From IMG/VR virus record IMGVR_UViG_3300035102_000507: a stretch of 64,000 nt of DNA, one strand, 5' to 3'. The stretch comes from a virus. The notes under the pieces were generated by a model. The model made no database searches and was not told the origin of the DNA. It worked only from the letters and a program-made list of their open reading frames with translations. The translations under genes and the position numbers were made by a program. This document shows, piece after piece, positions 35,445-44,188 of this stretch. Positions within the stretch are counted from its first letter, which is position 1. Each line of letters opens with the position of its first letter.

Positions 35445-35775
35445 GTTTCTTACTACAATTTTGCCCAGGTGGAATGACTGCACCAATGTCTTGGGTCTTT
35501 CCAATGGGCTTCAGTGTGGCATTCGCCGTCTTGGGATCAAACCCGGTTAGGGTAAGGAAGTCCCCAAAAGAGGTTGTTGCCTGCTTGAGGACAACCTCTC
35601 TTTTGCCGTTGTTCGTTACATTGATCCACAGCGTTGTCCCTTTCTCGCCTTCTACGATGTCTTCCATGTGTATGGATGAAGATTCAGAGGAAATCTGCCG
35701 GTAGAGAACCACTCCAGAAAACAGCGCGGCAAGAAAGCCTCCAAGGTCGCCAATAGAAATCATAGGAGCCTCCAT
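35287..35775 (-). CDS. Membrane-anchored moron protein
   Basis: N-terminal TM helix, AT-richer, opposite strand. Confidence 0.55.
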   Translation of the reverse strand: MEAPMISIGDLGGFLAALFSGVVLYRQISSESSSIHMEDIVEGEKGTTLWINVTNNGKREVVLKQATTSFGDFLTLTGFDPKTANATLKPIGKTQDIGAVIPPGQNCSKKLTLRHDLGPFRPYIRLSRNRRDLFVRIEHRPRGLEAIAERLSGYAEKLQGRR

Positions 35776-35880
35776 GGATAAAACAACAAGAACCCCTGAC
35801 GTTAGCAGAGAGGGCCATACTCGTTACAGCTTTCCCCCTACCAGAGATGTATACTCTCTGTCCCACATTTCGGTGGGGTC

Positions 35881-36132
35881 CTAGTCATGCGCCGGCAACG
35901 CCATTTGCATACTGACGACCCTCGGCGTTTCCTCACTCGGGCCATAGCGTGCACGCAGTCGCTCCAGTGCGCTGCCGACAATCGCGTCGTGCAGCATCCA
36001 GATCGGGGCGTTCTCGTCCAGCTGCACCCGGTGAAACTGCACGTCGTCAGAGGTGACCAGCGATACCGTCGCGAGGTAGCCCCTCGCGGTCCTGCGAAAA
36101 TGAATCCTGATGTCCGCTTCTGTGTGTTCCAT
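35881..36132 (-). CDS. Hypothetical protein
   Basis: 83-aa ORF on the opposite strand. Confidence 0.4.
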   Translation of the reverse strand: MEHTEADIRIHFRRTARGYLATVSLVTSDDVQFHRVQLDENAPIWMLHDAIVGSALERLRARYGPSEETPRVVSMQMALPAHD

Positions 36133-36188
36133 GGTTCCAGAGAAACACAGGGCGGAACAAAAAAGAACCGTAAAAGGAGAGGCTGATT

Positions 36189-36647
36189 ATGAAGGAGCAG
36201 AGGCTCACAGCCATCGCTCAGAAGGCCGTGTCCAAGTCCGACATGGAGGTCAAAGAGATTGCCCCTGAGTTGGATTTAAGGCCGTCGACGGTCTACCAGA
36301 AGCTGAACCCTTACGACGAAAACGGGTTTCTCGGTCTCGATGACGCCCATCAGATAATGCTCATGATCAACGACACCTCTGTGTTGAAGGCCATGGCGCT
36401 GGATTTCGGCTATGGCCTGCACAAGATCGGGGAGTGTCCCCCGGACGGTGCGGACATGCTCGATGAAGTCTCCCAGCTCGTGGAGGCCAGCAATATGCTC
36501 GTTCAGGCGGCGAATAAGGGTATCCCCTACGAAAGGGTTTCCCCCTTGCTGGAGAGAGTGAGGAAGGAAGCCGAGGATATCTTTGTGCGCCTCCGCGACG
36601 AGCAGAAAAGCAAGCCCCGCGTCCACGACATCAAGCAGGCCGGATAG
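36189..36647 (+). CDS. CII-family phage regulatory protein
   Basis: HTH-like N-terminus, YQKLNPYD motif; typical position after cro. Confidence 0.7.
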   Translation: MKEQRLTAIAQKAVSKSDMEVKEIAPELDLRPSTVYQKLNPYDENGFLGLDDAHQIMLMINDTSVLKAMALDFGYGLHKIGECPPDGADMLDEVSQLVEASNMLVQAANKGIPYERVSPLLERVRKEAEDIFVRLRDEQKSKPRVHDIKQAG

Positions 36648-36664
36648 GCCAAGGAGGCTCGAAC

Positions 36665-36877
36665 ATGACAGGCGAATCCCTACCGCGCGAAGGCTGGAAG
36701 CAGAAGTTCGAGAAGCTGGAGCGCCAGTATATCCACATGCGCCGAAGGTGTGAACACGCCGAGAAGGACCGTGACGCGGCTCTCTACCGGCTTGACCAGG
36801 CCAGCAAAGAACTGGATGCGCTCAAGCGCAAATACGGGCTGACAGTACGTCAGGGCTCGCTGTTGAGGACTGGCTGA
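36665..36877 (+). CDS. Hypothetical coiled-coil protein
   Basis: AGGAGG RBS; coupled to the replication gene. Confidence 0.6.
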   Translation: MTGESLPREGWKQKFEKLERQYIHMRRRCEHAEKDRDAALYRLDQASKELDALKRKYGLTVRQGSLLRTG

Positions 36878-37734
36878 TGCATCGCGGGTACTACAAAGCC
36901 TGGCGCAAGATCACGGACTCTGTCTCGTGGAGCAGAGGGCTTGAATATCGGGGGTTGATGCACTCCATTTTGGCGCGCGCCAACTACAAAGCGACCCCTT
37001 TCCGCGGGGAAATGATACCCGCCGGGGCTTTTGCTGTGGTTCTCACCTCTTGGGCGGGGGAACTCGGGGTTACGAGGCAAAAACTACAGCGGATGCTGAA
37101 GACGCTGGCGGGCGACCCCGACCGCTTTATAAATGTCGAAAATGTGGGCAACCGATTTTCAATCATAACCGTTTGTAATTGGGGCGTTTATCAAGAAGAC
37201 AAAGCGCACGAGCGGGCAACGGCTGTAACGACCGATGAGCGACCAGCGGGCGACCACCGGGCGACCACCGGGCAACAGAAGAAGAAAGTTAAGAATATAA
37301 GAAACTCTCCCGGCAACTCTGACGAGCAGCCGGAAGTGAGCTGGCGGGATGAAGCTGACGGGGATGTGCTCAAGTTCGTCGAGCGCTTCCAGCAGTTCGT
37401 GGAGCAGGAGCACGGAAAGAAGGCCCCAAAGCTGAGCGATTCGCTGATCCGCAAGGGCGTGGACACCTTGGACAAGCTCATCCGGCTGGACGGGTTCGAC
37501 CTGGAGACCATCCGTGCCGCTATGCTCTGGGCGGTCAAAGACGAGTTCTGGCAAAAGAACGTGCTCTCACTCGCGGCGCTGCGCAAAAAGAACGCCGACG
37601 GCGTGATGAAGTTTCAGCAGATTCTCGCCCGGTACGAATCCGAGGCCGGTGAATCTGACGAGCCGGACCAGTTCGAAGGCTGGGTCGACTGGACGGACGA
37701 ACAAATCGCGGCATTGCCGCCGTTGGGGGGCTAG
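36877..37734 (+). CDS. Replication initiator (O-like replisome organizer)
   Basis: GY.K.WRKI N-terminus; C-terminal FW..NV.S...LRKK motif; upstream of DnaB. Confidence 0.75.
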   Translation: MHRGYYKAWRKITDSVSWSRGLEYRGLMHSILARANYKATPFRGEMIPAGAFAVVLTSWAGELGVTRQKLQRMLKTLAGDPDRFINVENVGNRFSIITVCNWGVYQEDKAHERATAVTTDERPAGDHRATTGQQKKKVKNIRNSPGNSDEQPEVSWRDEADGDVLKFVERFQQFVEQEHGKKAPKLSDSLIRKGVDTLDKLIRLDGFDLETIRAAMLWAVKDEFWQKNVLSLAALRKKNADGVMKFQQILARYESEAGESDEPDQFEGWVDWTDEQIAALPPLGG

Positions 37735-37737
37735 GCT

Positions 37738-39087
37738 GTGACGCAGTGTGCTGACGACATCCTGGTGCGCAACGTGCCGCCGCACAGCATGGAGGCCGAG
37801 CAGGCAATCGTGGGCGCTGTGCTCGCAAGGGCCGACCTGTTGGACGATCTGCGCGACACCATCAGCGCGGGAGACTTCTACTCGCCAGCGCATTCGAAGA
37901 TATTCCTGGCCATCTGCGAACTCGCTGATGCTTCTCAGCCCGTCGACATGCTGACTGTCGGGGACAAACTCAGCGCGCAGGACTGCCTCGACGAAGTTGG
38001 CGGACCGGTCTACCTGGCCGACTTGGCCGACACCATCGCCAGCCCGTCCTCGGTGAGCGCTTATGCACGGACGGTCCGGGACCGAGCTGCCCGCCGGGCC
38101 ATGGCGCAATCTGCCGCCGAGATTCTGCAGGACTCGTATTCGCTGGCCACTCCGACCGACGAGATTGCCGCGAAGGCTGCGAAGATTGCCGAAGACGGGA
38201 TAACCGGCGCTGTCGGCGATGGGTCAAGCACGGTTTCCATGGGCGACGCCCTGACCGACTTCGTGCAGTGGTGTGAGCATTCTCGCGCCGCGAAAGACGA
38301 CGTCATGGTGCCGACTCCATGGCAAGCGCTGAACCGGCTCATGGGTGGCTTCCACCCGGGCGAAGTCACAGTGCTTGCCGGGCGGCCGTCAAACGGCAAG
38401 ACCGCTGCGGCCCTCAATGTGGCGCTCTACGCAGCCCGACGCGACTGCCCCACCGCGGTAATCAGCCTCGAAATGTCCCGCCGCATGCTCTTGGCTCGAA
38501 TGTGTGCTGGAGAAGCCGAAATCGACGGGCGCAGATTCAGGACCGGGCAAATTGACGATGCCGACATGGGCAGGGTGTACCGCTGGTGCGACAACAACGC
38601 GGGCCTGCCGCTCAATATCTTCGACGGCACCGACCTCAAACCGTCAAGCTTGCGGGCGCTAACCAAGCGCTGGGTAAAGCGCTTCGGGGTGCGGCTGATT
38701 GTCATCGACTACTTGCAGCTCATCAAGCCGCAAACGCCCAACGCCTCGCGTGAGGTCCAGGTCGCGGAGATCAGCAGGGCCGTCAAAGAGATCGCTATCA
38801 ACCACGACGTTCATGTTCTGTTGCTGGCCCAGATGAATCGCGAGGTCGAGAAACGGACCAAACGGGAGCCGCAGCTGTCCGACCTGCGCGAGTCTGGAGC
38901 TATCGAGCAGGACGCCGACAACGTGCTGTTTATCCACCCGTGGAATCCGGACACGCAGATCAACACCATCCCCGTCAAGCTCAAGCTGGCAAAGGCCAGG
39001 AACGACTGCACCGGCGTTGCCGAGTTGGTCTACGTGCGGCCGCGACTCCGCTTCGCGGACCAAACCTTCGGGGGGCACGATGCATAG
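37738..39087 (+). CDS. dnaB: Replicative DNA helicase
   Basis: PPHS.EAEQ, GRPSNGKT, SLEM, IDYLQL, SDLRESGAIEQDAD. Confidence 0.95.
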   Translation: MTQCADDILVRNVPPHSMEAEQAIVGAVLARADLLDDLRDTISAGDFYSPAHSKIFLAICELADASQPVDMLTVGDKLSAQDCLDEVGGPVYLADLADTIASPSSVSAYARTVRDRAARRAMAQSAAEILQDSYSLATPTDEIAAKAAKIAEDGITGAVGDGSSTVSMGDALTDFVQWCEHSRAAKDDVMVPTPWQALNRLMGGFHPGEVTVLAGRPSNGKTAAALNVALYAARRDCPTAVISLEMSRRMLLARMCAGEAEIDGRRFRTGQIDDADMGRVYRWCDNNAGLPLNIFDGTDLKPSSLRALTKRWVKRFGVRLIVIDYLQLIKPQTPNASREVQVAEISRAVKEIAINHDVHVLLLAQMNREVEKRTKREPQLSDLRESGAIEQDADNVLFIHPWNPDTQINTIPVKLKLAKARNDCTGVAELVYVRPRLRFADQTFGGHDA

Positions 39088-39274
39088 GTTCAACCCCGAG
39101 ACAGGCAAGTTCGAAGAAGTCGATGTTCATGAGTTCGTGGAAGGGCTCCGCAGAAGCGAAGCGATCGCCGCGGCGAGTGATGACCCTTGCGAGGTCTTTC
39201 GGCATGGCGGGGACTTCGACCAGATGCTGATCGCGGAAAAACGCAAAAAGAAGGCTGACAAGGAGGTCGCATGA
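39080..39274 (+). CDS. Hypothetical protein
   Basis: 64 aa overlapping dnaB and rusA. Confidence 0.5.
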   Translation: MHRFNPETGKFEEVDVHEFVEGLRRSEAIAAASDDPCEVFRHGGDFDQMLIAEKRKKKADKEVA

Positions 39275-39663
39275 TCAAAATATCTCTCCCGTTCCCCCCG
39301 TCCACCAACACGTACTGGCGACACGTCTCTATGGGCAAGCGCGGTACCCGAGTGCTGATCAGCAAGAAAGGCCGGCAGTATCGCAGCGACGTAATCGGTG
39401 AGTGCTGTGCGGCCCAGCTTACCGGTAAGCGACTCGGCGGCCGACTGTGCGTCCAGGTTACGCTGTACGAGCCAGATCGCCGCAAGCGGGACATGGATAA
39501 TTTCAACAAGGCACTGCTCGACGCGCTGACCGAGGCTCAGGTCTGGGGCGACGACTCGCAGATCGACGACCTGCGGGTGGTGCGCGGGCACGTGGTCAAA
39601 GGCGGTCGGGCTGTGGTCGAGATCGAGGAGCTTGACCCGCTCCGGTGCCAGGAGGCGGCATGA
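39271..39663 (+). CDS. rusA: RusA Holliday junction resolvase
   Basis: PPS.N.YWR, D.R.RD.DN..K.L.DAL, DDSQID. Confidence 0.92.
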   Translation: MIKISLPFPPSTNTYWRHVSMGKRGTRVLISKKGRQYRSDVIGECCAAQLTGKRLGGRLCVQVTLYEPDRRKRDMDNFNKALLDALTEAQVWGDDSQIDDLRVVRGHVVKGGRAVVEIEELDPLRCQEAA

Positions 39664-40394
39664 GCTGCAAGTACAAAGACCAGCCCCGCGTTTGCGTGAT
39701 GAAGCTCACGATGCACCACAGGGGCACGGCATCGCATCAGACGTGCGTGCTCTGCGAGCATGGCGCCAAAGCGTGGAAAGCCGCGAAATCAACCGAAACG
39801 AAGCAGGAGGACAGCGATATGCCGAGGCGAGGACAGTGTGTGAAGTGCAAAGAGGGTCCGTATAGGCTGAACGGCCGCAGCCTTTGTGCTAATTGCGCAG
39901 CAGAGGAGAGAGGGAAGGGGAAACCCACCAGCCCAAAGCCCCACAGCGACAAGAAGACGAAGCCCGTCTCCAAGCCCAAAGAAAAGCCGGCGACGCCCCC
40001 GGCCCCTTCCGGGGTGGTCAAGTTCGAGCCGACAAAGGCCAAGCGGTTGCAAAAAACTATCACGCGGGACGGACAGCCTATTCTGGCCGTGCGCAACAAC
40101 GCTCGAGGCAAGACGTTCGCGGTCAATGCCGACGCCGTCCGAGACTTCAATATCGGGCAGGCCGGATACGTCGATTTTTACTCCGGTGATGGGGTGCTGT
40201 TTCTGCGCTTCACAGAGCGCCAGACCGACCGGGATTCGTACAAGCTTGCAGACCTGCACAAGTCCAATCGGATCATCAATGCCGCGACTGTCATCAACAC
40301 CGTCGGCATAGCGCCCGGTAAGTACGAACTCCAGCGCACCGACACCGACGGAGTGTTTTGCGTCGAATTCGTTCCCGCGAGGGAGGTGGCGTAA
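39660..40394 (+). CDS. Hypothetical protein (possible internal start at 39819)
   Basis: Cys-rich N-terminus, Lys/Pro linker; AGGAGG RBS before ATG 39819. Confidence 0.6.
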   Translation: MSCKYKDQPRVCVMKLTMHHRGTASHQTCVLCEHGAKAWKAAKSTETKQEDSDMPRRGQCVKCKEGPYRLNGRSLCANCAAEERGKGKPTSPKPHSDKKTKPVSKPKEKPATPPAPSGVVKFEPTKAKRLQKTITRDGQPILAVRNNARGKTFAVNADAVRDFNIGQAGYVDFYSGDGVLFLRFTERQTDRDSYKLADLHKSNRIINAATVINTVGIAPGKYELQRTDTDGVFCVEFVPAREVA

Positions 40395-40756
40395 TGGAAG
40401 TTTTCTTGGTGCGAGTCGCGGAGACACACGTCATCGTAGGGCTGTTTGCCGTGCCTAACATGGAAGTGCTGTTCGATTTTGTCGACGAGTTTACCGACCC
40501 ATACGGTTGCGAAGCAGCCGTAGTCGAAAGCGGCTTTGGCTTCATGTACTCCGAGGACTTCACGGCAAACAAGATCAAAGCTCTAGAAGACGAGTGCGCT
40601 GTCGGCGACTATCTCGGGCCCAAAGAGCACACCCAAAGCGTTTACGACCTGACCTTTGACGCTGACGACCCGGAGCTGACGTGGTTGCCGTTTGGGCGGG
40701 AACATTCATGGGTTTGGCGGATGGGTGAAGAGGCAAGAGAGGGGGAACCGACATGA
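40394..40756 (+). CDS. Hypothetical protein
   Basis: GGAGG RBS; acidic, 120 aa. Confidence 0.55.
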   Translation: MEVFLVRVAETHVIVGLFAVPNMEVLFDFVDEFTDPYGCEAAVVESGFGFMYSEDFTANKIKALEDECAVGDYLGPKEHTQSVYDLTFDADDPELTWLPFGREHSWVWRMGEEAREGEPT

Positions 40757-40947
40757 TCGTCCGTGGCGTTGAGATCAAGAAAGGGCTGGCCAATATCGCC
40801 GAGCACTTCGGGCGCGATGTGCGGACCGTGAAGAAGTGGCAGCGCCAGGGAGCGCCTATCTATCTCGTGGACGGGATATGGACCACCGAGACCGCCGAGC
40901 TTTGGGACTGGATTAAGGTTCGAAGGCAGAGGGAGGCGGCGGCGTGA
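40753..40947 (+). CDS. Small winged-HTH protein (Nu1/MerR-like)
   Basis: GLANIAEHFGRDVRTVKKWQRQGAP...G.W...L.DW. Confidence 0.75.
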   Translation: MIVRGVEIKKGLANIAEHFGRDVRTVKKWQRQGAPIYLVDGIWTTETAELWDWIKVRRQREAAA

Positions 40948-40955
40948 AGTGAGCA

Positions 40956-40993
40956 GTTGGAACAATTACCCATAGGTTGGAACAATTACCCAT
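40956..40993. repeat. 18-bp direct repeat GTTGGAACAATTACCCAT x2
   Basis: Copies at 40956 and 40976 (period 20). Confidence 0.9.
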
Positions 40994-41023
40994 CATGCCC
41001 GTGAATATGTTCCAAACGAACCA

Positions 41024-41058
41024 GAAGCCCCGGACATTCGGTCGGGGCTTCGTCTTTT
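41024..41058 (+). terminator. Terminator of the early-right operon
   Basis: GAAGCCCCG...CGGGGCTTC followed by GTCTTTT. Confidence 0.75.
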
Positions 41059-41075
41059 GGAACCCTGTCAACCCC

Positions 41076-41146
41076 TACATGAGGGGTACATGAGGGGGGC
41101 ATGAGGGGTACATGAGCGAACTCCGTTCAAAAAACCGGGTTATAAT
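41076..41146 (+). promoter_or_regulatory. Late promoter: four 11-bp repeats (TACATGAGGGG) then AAAAACCGGGT-TATAAT
   Basis: Repeats start at 41076, 41087, 41098 and 41109; TATAAT at 41141; no TTGACA. Confidence 0.7.
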
Positions 41147-41253
41147 GGTCACCAATCAAACGAGGGTCCGAGTTCTGCCCCGGACCGACCACCCCGGCTA
41201 CGGCTGGGAGGCACGATTTCACAGCGGGCAGGCCGGACCACCCACGGGGAACC

Positions 41254-41406
41254 ATGACGCAAGCAAATGTCCAGCATTGCCTTAACGGGTTGCACGTCCT
41301 CGCTAGACTGAGGGGGCTCGGGTTGCCGTACTCGGTGGCCTGCCCCCTCGCTCGGGCGTGGGAGCGTCTGGTGCATCCCCTGATTTACCGGAGGAAGCAT
41401 GTTTGA
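41254..41406 (+). CDS. 50-aa small protein upstream of the holin
   Basis: MTQANVQHCLNGLHVLARLRGLG...AWERLVHP; overlaps the next ATG. Confidence 0.55.
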   Translation: MTQANVQHCLNGLHVLARLRGLGLPYSVACPLARAWERLVHPLIYRRKHV

Positions 41407-41620
41407 GCTGATCGGCGTCCAGTACGTCACCACCGCCCTCTATGCGCTTACCGCGCTCGTGCTCGTGCTCGGCCTGCTGCGCTGGCTCGACAAGAGCGCC
41501 GGTCGTCCGTGGTGCAACGTCATCGACAATATCCGGGAGGACCCCCGTGCGGCAGCGCTGTACTACGGCATTCGCTTTGCTGGTGCTTGTCTGCTCGTTG
41601 GCATGGTCATGTCCAGCTAA
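41399..41620 (+). CDS. Holin-like two-TM protein
   Basis: 73 aa with two hydrophobic helices, first gene of the lysis cassette. Confidence 0.6.
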   Translation: MFELIGVQYVTTALYALTALVLVLGLLRWLDKSAGRPWCNVIDNIREDPRAAALYYGIRFAGACLLVGMVMSS

Positions 41621-42140
41621 CGCAGGCGTAGGCATTCCCAGCAAGTACGACTCCCTGATCGAGTCCTCGGTCTCCAGGTGGTGGCCGCGCGTTCCGCTCG
41701 CCGACTGGCGGTTTTGGAAAGCGCAGCTCTATCAGGAGTCGTTGCTCGATCCCGATGCCGTGTCGCCGGTTGGCGCTTGCGGTCTCGCGCAGTTCATGCC
41801 CGGCACATGGTCGGACGTGAGCCAGCGCATGGGGCTCGGAGCCGCATCCCCGTATAACGCCAAATCCGCCATCAACGCCGGTGCCTACTACATGGCCCGG
41901 CTGTACCTGTCATGGTCCGCACCGCGTCCCGACATGGACCGCTGGGACCTCGCTCGCGCATCATACAACGCAGGCATGGGCAATCTGCTCAAGGCGCAGC
42001 GTGTCGCCGGTGGCGCGAACCGTTATGCCGAGATCATCGCCGCGTTGCCAGCGGTCACCGGACATCACAGCCGCGAGACCATCACCTACGTGCAGCGCAT
42101 CCACGAGATTTACCGGAGGCTGACATGCTCGCGTCGCTGA
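41547..42140 (+). CDS. Lytic transglycosylase (SLT) endolysin with a signal peptide
   Basis: QESLLDP.AVSPVGA.GL.QFMP.TW and ASYNAG motifs; GTG start with GGAGG RBS; N-terminus ...FALLVLVCSLAWSCPANA. Confidence 0.85.
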   Translation: MRQRCTTAFALLVLVCSLAWSCPANAGVGIPSKYDSLIESSVSRWWPRVPLADWRFWKAQLYQESLLDPDAVSPVGACGLAQFMPGTWSDVSQRMGLGAASPYNAKSAINAGAYYMARLYLSWSAPRPDMDRWDLARASYNAGMGNLLKAQRVAGGANRYAEIIAALPAVTGHHSRETITYVQRIHEIYRRLTCSRR

Positions 42141-42523
42141 TCGGCAAGGTCGGCAGCATGCTCGGCGGCTCCTCAGTTTTCAAATGGGTGGGGATGGGCG
42201 TTGTCGCCCTCGTCCTCACCGCCGCGTTTTGCTGGCTCGGATGGGGCAAGGCTCAAGCCGAGGCCGAACGTGATCAGGTGCGGGCCGAGCTCGTTGCCGT
42301 GGAGGCGGCACACGCTGCCAGCGTCGCAGCTCTGCAGGACCTGCGGCAGACGGTTGAGGCACAGCGTCAGGCTCTCGCAGAGCGGGACCAGGCTATCAAA
42401 GAGATTAACGCCCAGCGCGAGGCCCTGCGTCAGCGTTGGCAGGAGGCTATCCGGAATGACGAGACTGTCCGTGATTGGGCTGACGCTCCTCTCCCTGATG
42501 CTGTGCGCAGCATGCTCCAGTAA
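42125..42523 (+). CDS. Inner-membrane spanin (Rz-like)
   Basis: N-terminal TM, coiled coil, C-terminal W.DAPLPD. Confidence 0.8.
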   Translation: MLASLIGKVGSMLGGSSVFKWVGMGVVALVLTAAFCWLGWGKAQAEAERDQVRAELVAVEAAHAASVAALQDLRQTVEAQRQALAERDQAIKEINAQREALRQRWQEAIRNDETVRDWADAPLPDAVRSMLQ

Positions 42524-42716
42524 GCCTCGGGTCGTCACCGTCCACAAGGTGGAGCGCGTGGCCCCCCCGGCACATCTGATGGAGCCGACGCCGGTGCCTG
42601 ACTGCAGCGCGGCCCGAACGAACGAGGACCTGCTCGACTGCGTGCTGGATACCCGTGAGGCGCTCAAAAGGGCCAACGCGGACAAAACGGCAATCAAGCA
42701 GAGCGTGGGAGAATAG
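42456..42716 (+). CDS. Outer-membrane spanin lipoprotein (Rz1-like)
   Basis: Lipobox CAAC; Pro-rich; overlaps the Rz 3' end. Confidence 0.8.
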   Translation: MTRLSVIGLTLLSLMLCAACSSKPRVVTVHKVERVAPPAHLMEPTPVPDCSAARTNEDLLDCVLDTREALKRANADKTAIKQSVGE

Positions 42717-42717
42717 C

Positions 42718-43011
42718 ATGGGTGAAGACGAACACCGCGAGTTGTGGGCCGCTATCCAGCAAATCAGGGCCGAGAACGCAGCGACAAATCTCGCTGTCCA
42801 GAACACGTTGGCACGAATCGAGACAATGCTGAGCGAACGATGTGAGGCGAGAGTGGAACGGATTAAGGCGATCGAAGAAAAGCAGGAGTCGCAGGACTCG
42901 CGTCTCGACAAACTGGAGCAGCTCAGGGCGCAGATCGGAGTTATAGCGGCTCTCGGTTCAATGGTCGGCGGTGGTGCAGTCGTCGTGATTTTTCAGTGGC
43001 TGGGTAAGTAG
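42718..43011 (+). CDS. Coiled-coil protein with C-terminal TM
   Basis: 97 aa following the spanins. Confidence 0.6.
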   Translation: MGEDEHRELWAAIQQIRAENAATNLAVQNTLARIETMLSERCEARVERIKAIEEKQESQDSRLDKLEQLRAQIGVIAALGSMVGGGAVVVIFQWLGK

Positions 43012-43160
43012 CGAATTTCAACCTGCGGCGCACTTCACCTTTGTGCGCCCCCGGCCACGGATACAGGCACGATGCCGGGACAGAGGCCCAAGACCCGCAA
43101 GCGCGGTGGGAAGGCTCAAAAGCAGGACCTTATCATACGCCTGTCTAATAGGGAGAAGCC

Positions 43161-43742
43161 ATGCACCTGGTTCGCCTCAAGAGTCATCAGAAGGGATTGT
43201 CTCCGGAGAAGTTCAAGGCTCTCGTCAGGAACAAGGCAAGGATGAAGCGACGCCCCACAAGGGGCGAAAGGCGCTTCAAGAAAGCCCTTGGGGTCGCTGC
43301 GTTACGATGTGTGCCACAGCGGATATTCATCAGTCCAGAAGAGGGCAAAGGATACATCGCAGATTTTTATTCTGAGGAATTGAAGCTGGTCTTTGAGGTC
43401 GATGGAGACAGCCACGCAGGGAAGTTCGCAGAGGCTTACGACGATGTCAGGTCAAGCCTGTTGGCTAAACGCGGAATCAAGGTCGTGCGGATCACCAATG
43501 ACCAGACCCTTGATCTGGACTGGACAGTGTCTTGGATCCGTTCACAGGTGCTCGTTCGCAGGCGGGAGTTGAGTGAAAGAAGTCTGTCGTACAGGCGAGG
43601 CAGGGCCGACCCGAGGGAGCAAGTGAAGACTCCCCGGGAAGAAATGGACCGCATGATGGCCGAGTTCGAGTCGAGAGGAGGCGAGGTCACGCAGTGTCCT
43701 ACCGTCGATCCAAAGGGACGAAAGATAGTCCGGCTGAAGTGA
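43161..43742 (+). CDS. DUF559 / very-short-patch-repair-like endonuclease
   Basis: YIADFY...LVFEVDG.SH...D..R...L...G.KV.R motif. Confidence 0.8.
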   Translation: MHLVRLKSHQKGLSPEKFKALVRNKARMKRRPTRGERRFKKALGVAALRCVPQRIFISPEEGKGYIADFYSEELKLVFEVDGDSHAGKFAEAYDDVRSSLLAKRGIKVVRITNDQTLDLDWTVSWIRSQVLVRRRELSERSLSYRRGRADPREQVKTPREEMDRMMAEFESRGGEVTQCPTVDPKGRKIVRLK

Positions 43743-43752
43743 GGGATAAGGC

Positions 43753-44109
43753 ATGCCACCACGTTTTGCGGAGCACAACAGTCAGCGCAGGGGAACGGCT
43801 GCCCAGCGAGGATACGACCGCGCGTGGCAGCGAGTCCGTGGCGCGTTCCTCAAGGCTCACCCTCTTTGTGTCGAATGCGAGCGTCGGGGCAAGGTCAGGC
43901 CCGCCGAGGTCGTGCACCACCTCAAGCCCGTCGAAGACTTCCCGGAGTTGAGGCTCAAGTGGTCGAACCTCGAGGGGCTGTGCCGGGACTGTCACGAACG
44001 TCATCACGGGCGAAAGGCTGGCGGTGGAGGGTGTGATGCCTCTGGATGGCCTGCATCATCCGACCATCCGTGGAACCTGAGCGAAGGGGGGCGGGGGTCA
44101 AAAGTCTAG
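43753..44109 (+). CDS. HNH endonuclease (terminase-associated)
   Basis: RGYD..W, CVEC, VHH, NLEGLC..CH. Confidence 0.9.
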   Translation: MPPRFAEHNSQRRGTAAQRGYDRAWQRVRGAFLKAHPLCVECERRGKVRPAEVVHHLKPVEDFPELRLKWSNLEGLCRDCHERHHGRKAGGGGCDASGWPASSDHPWNLSEGGRGSKV

Positions 44110-44188
44110 GGCCTTCTCTCTGTAGACCGACGGTGGAAGTTTTCTTTGTAGTTTCACGAAAAAACAGGGGTACTTTTTCGAGGCAAAA

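Noticed and set aside
40956-41119. CRISPR-like array (also considered at 12549 and 54216)
   Set aside because: Units are 9-18 bp, adjacent, with no unique spacers, and no cas genes are visible.
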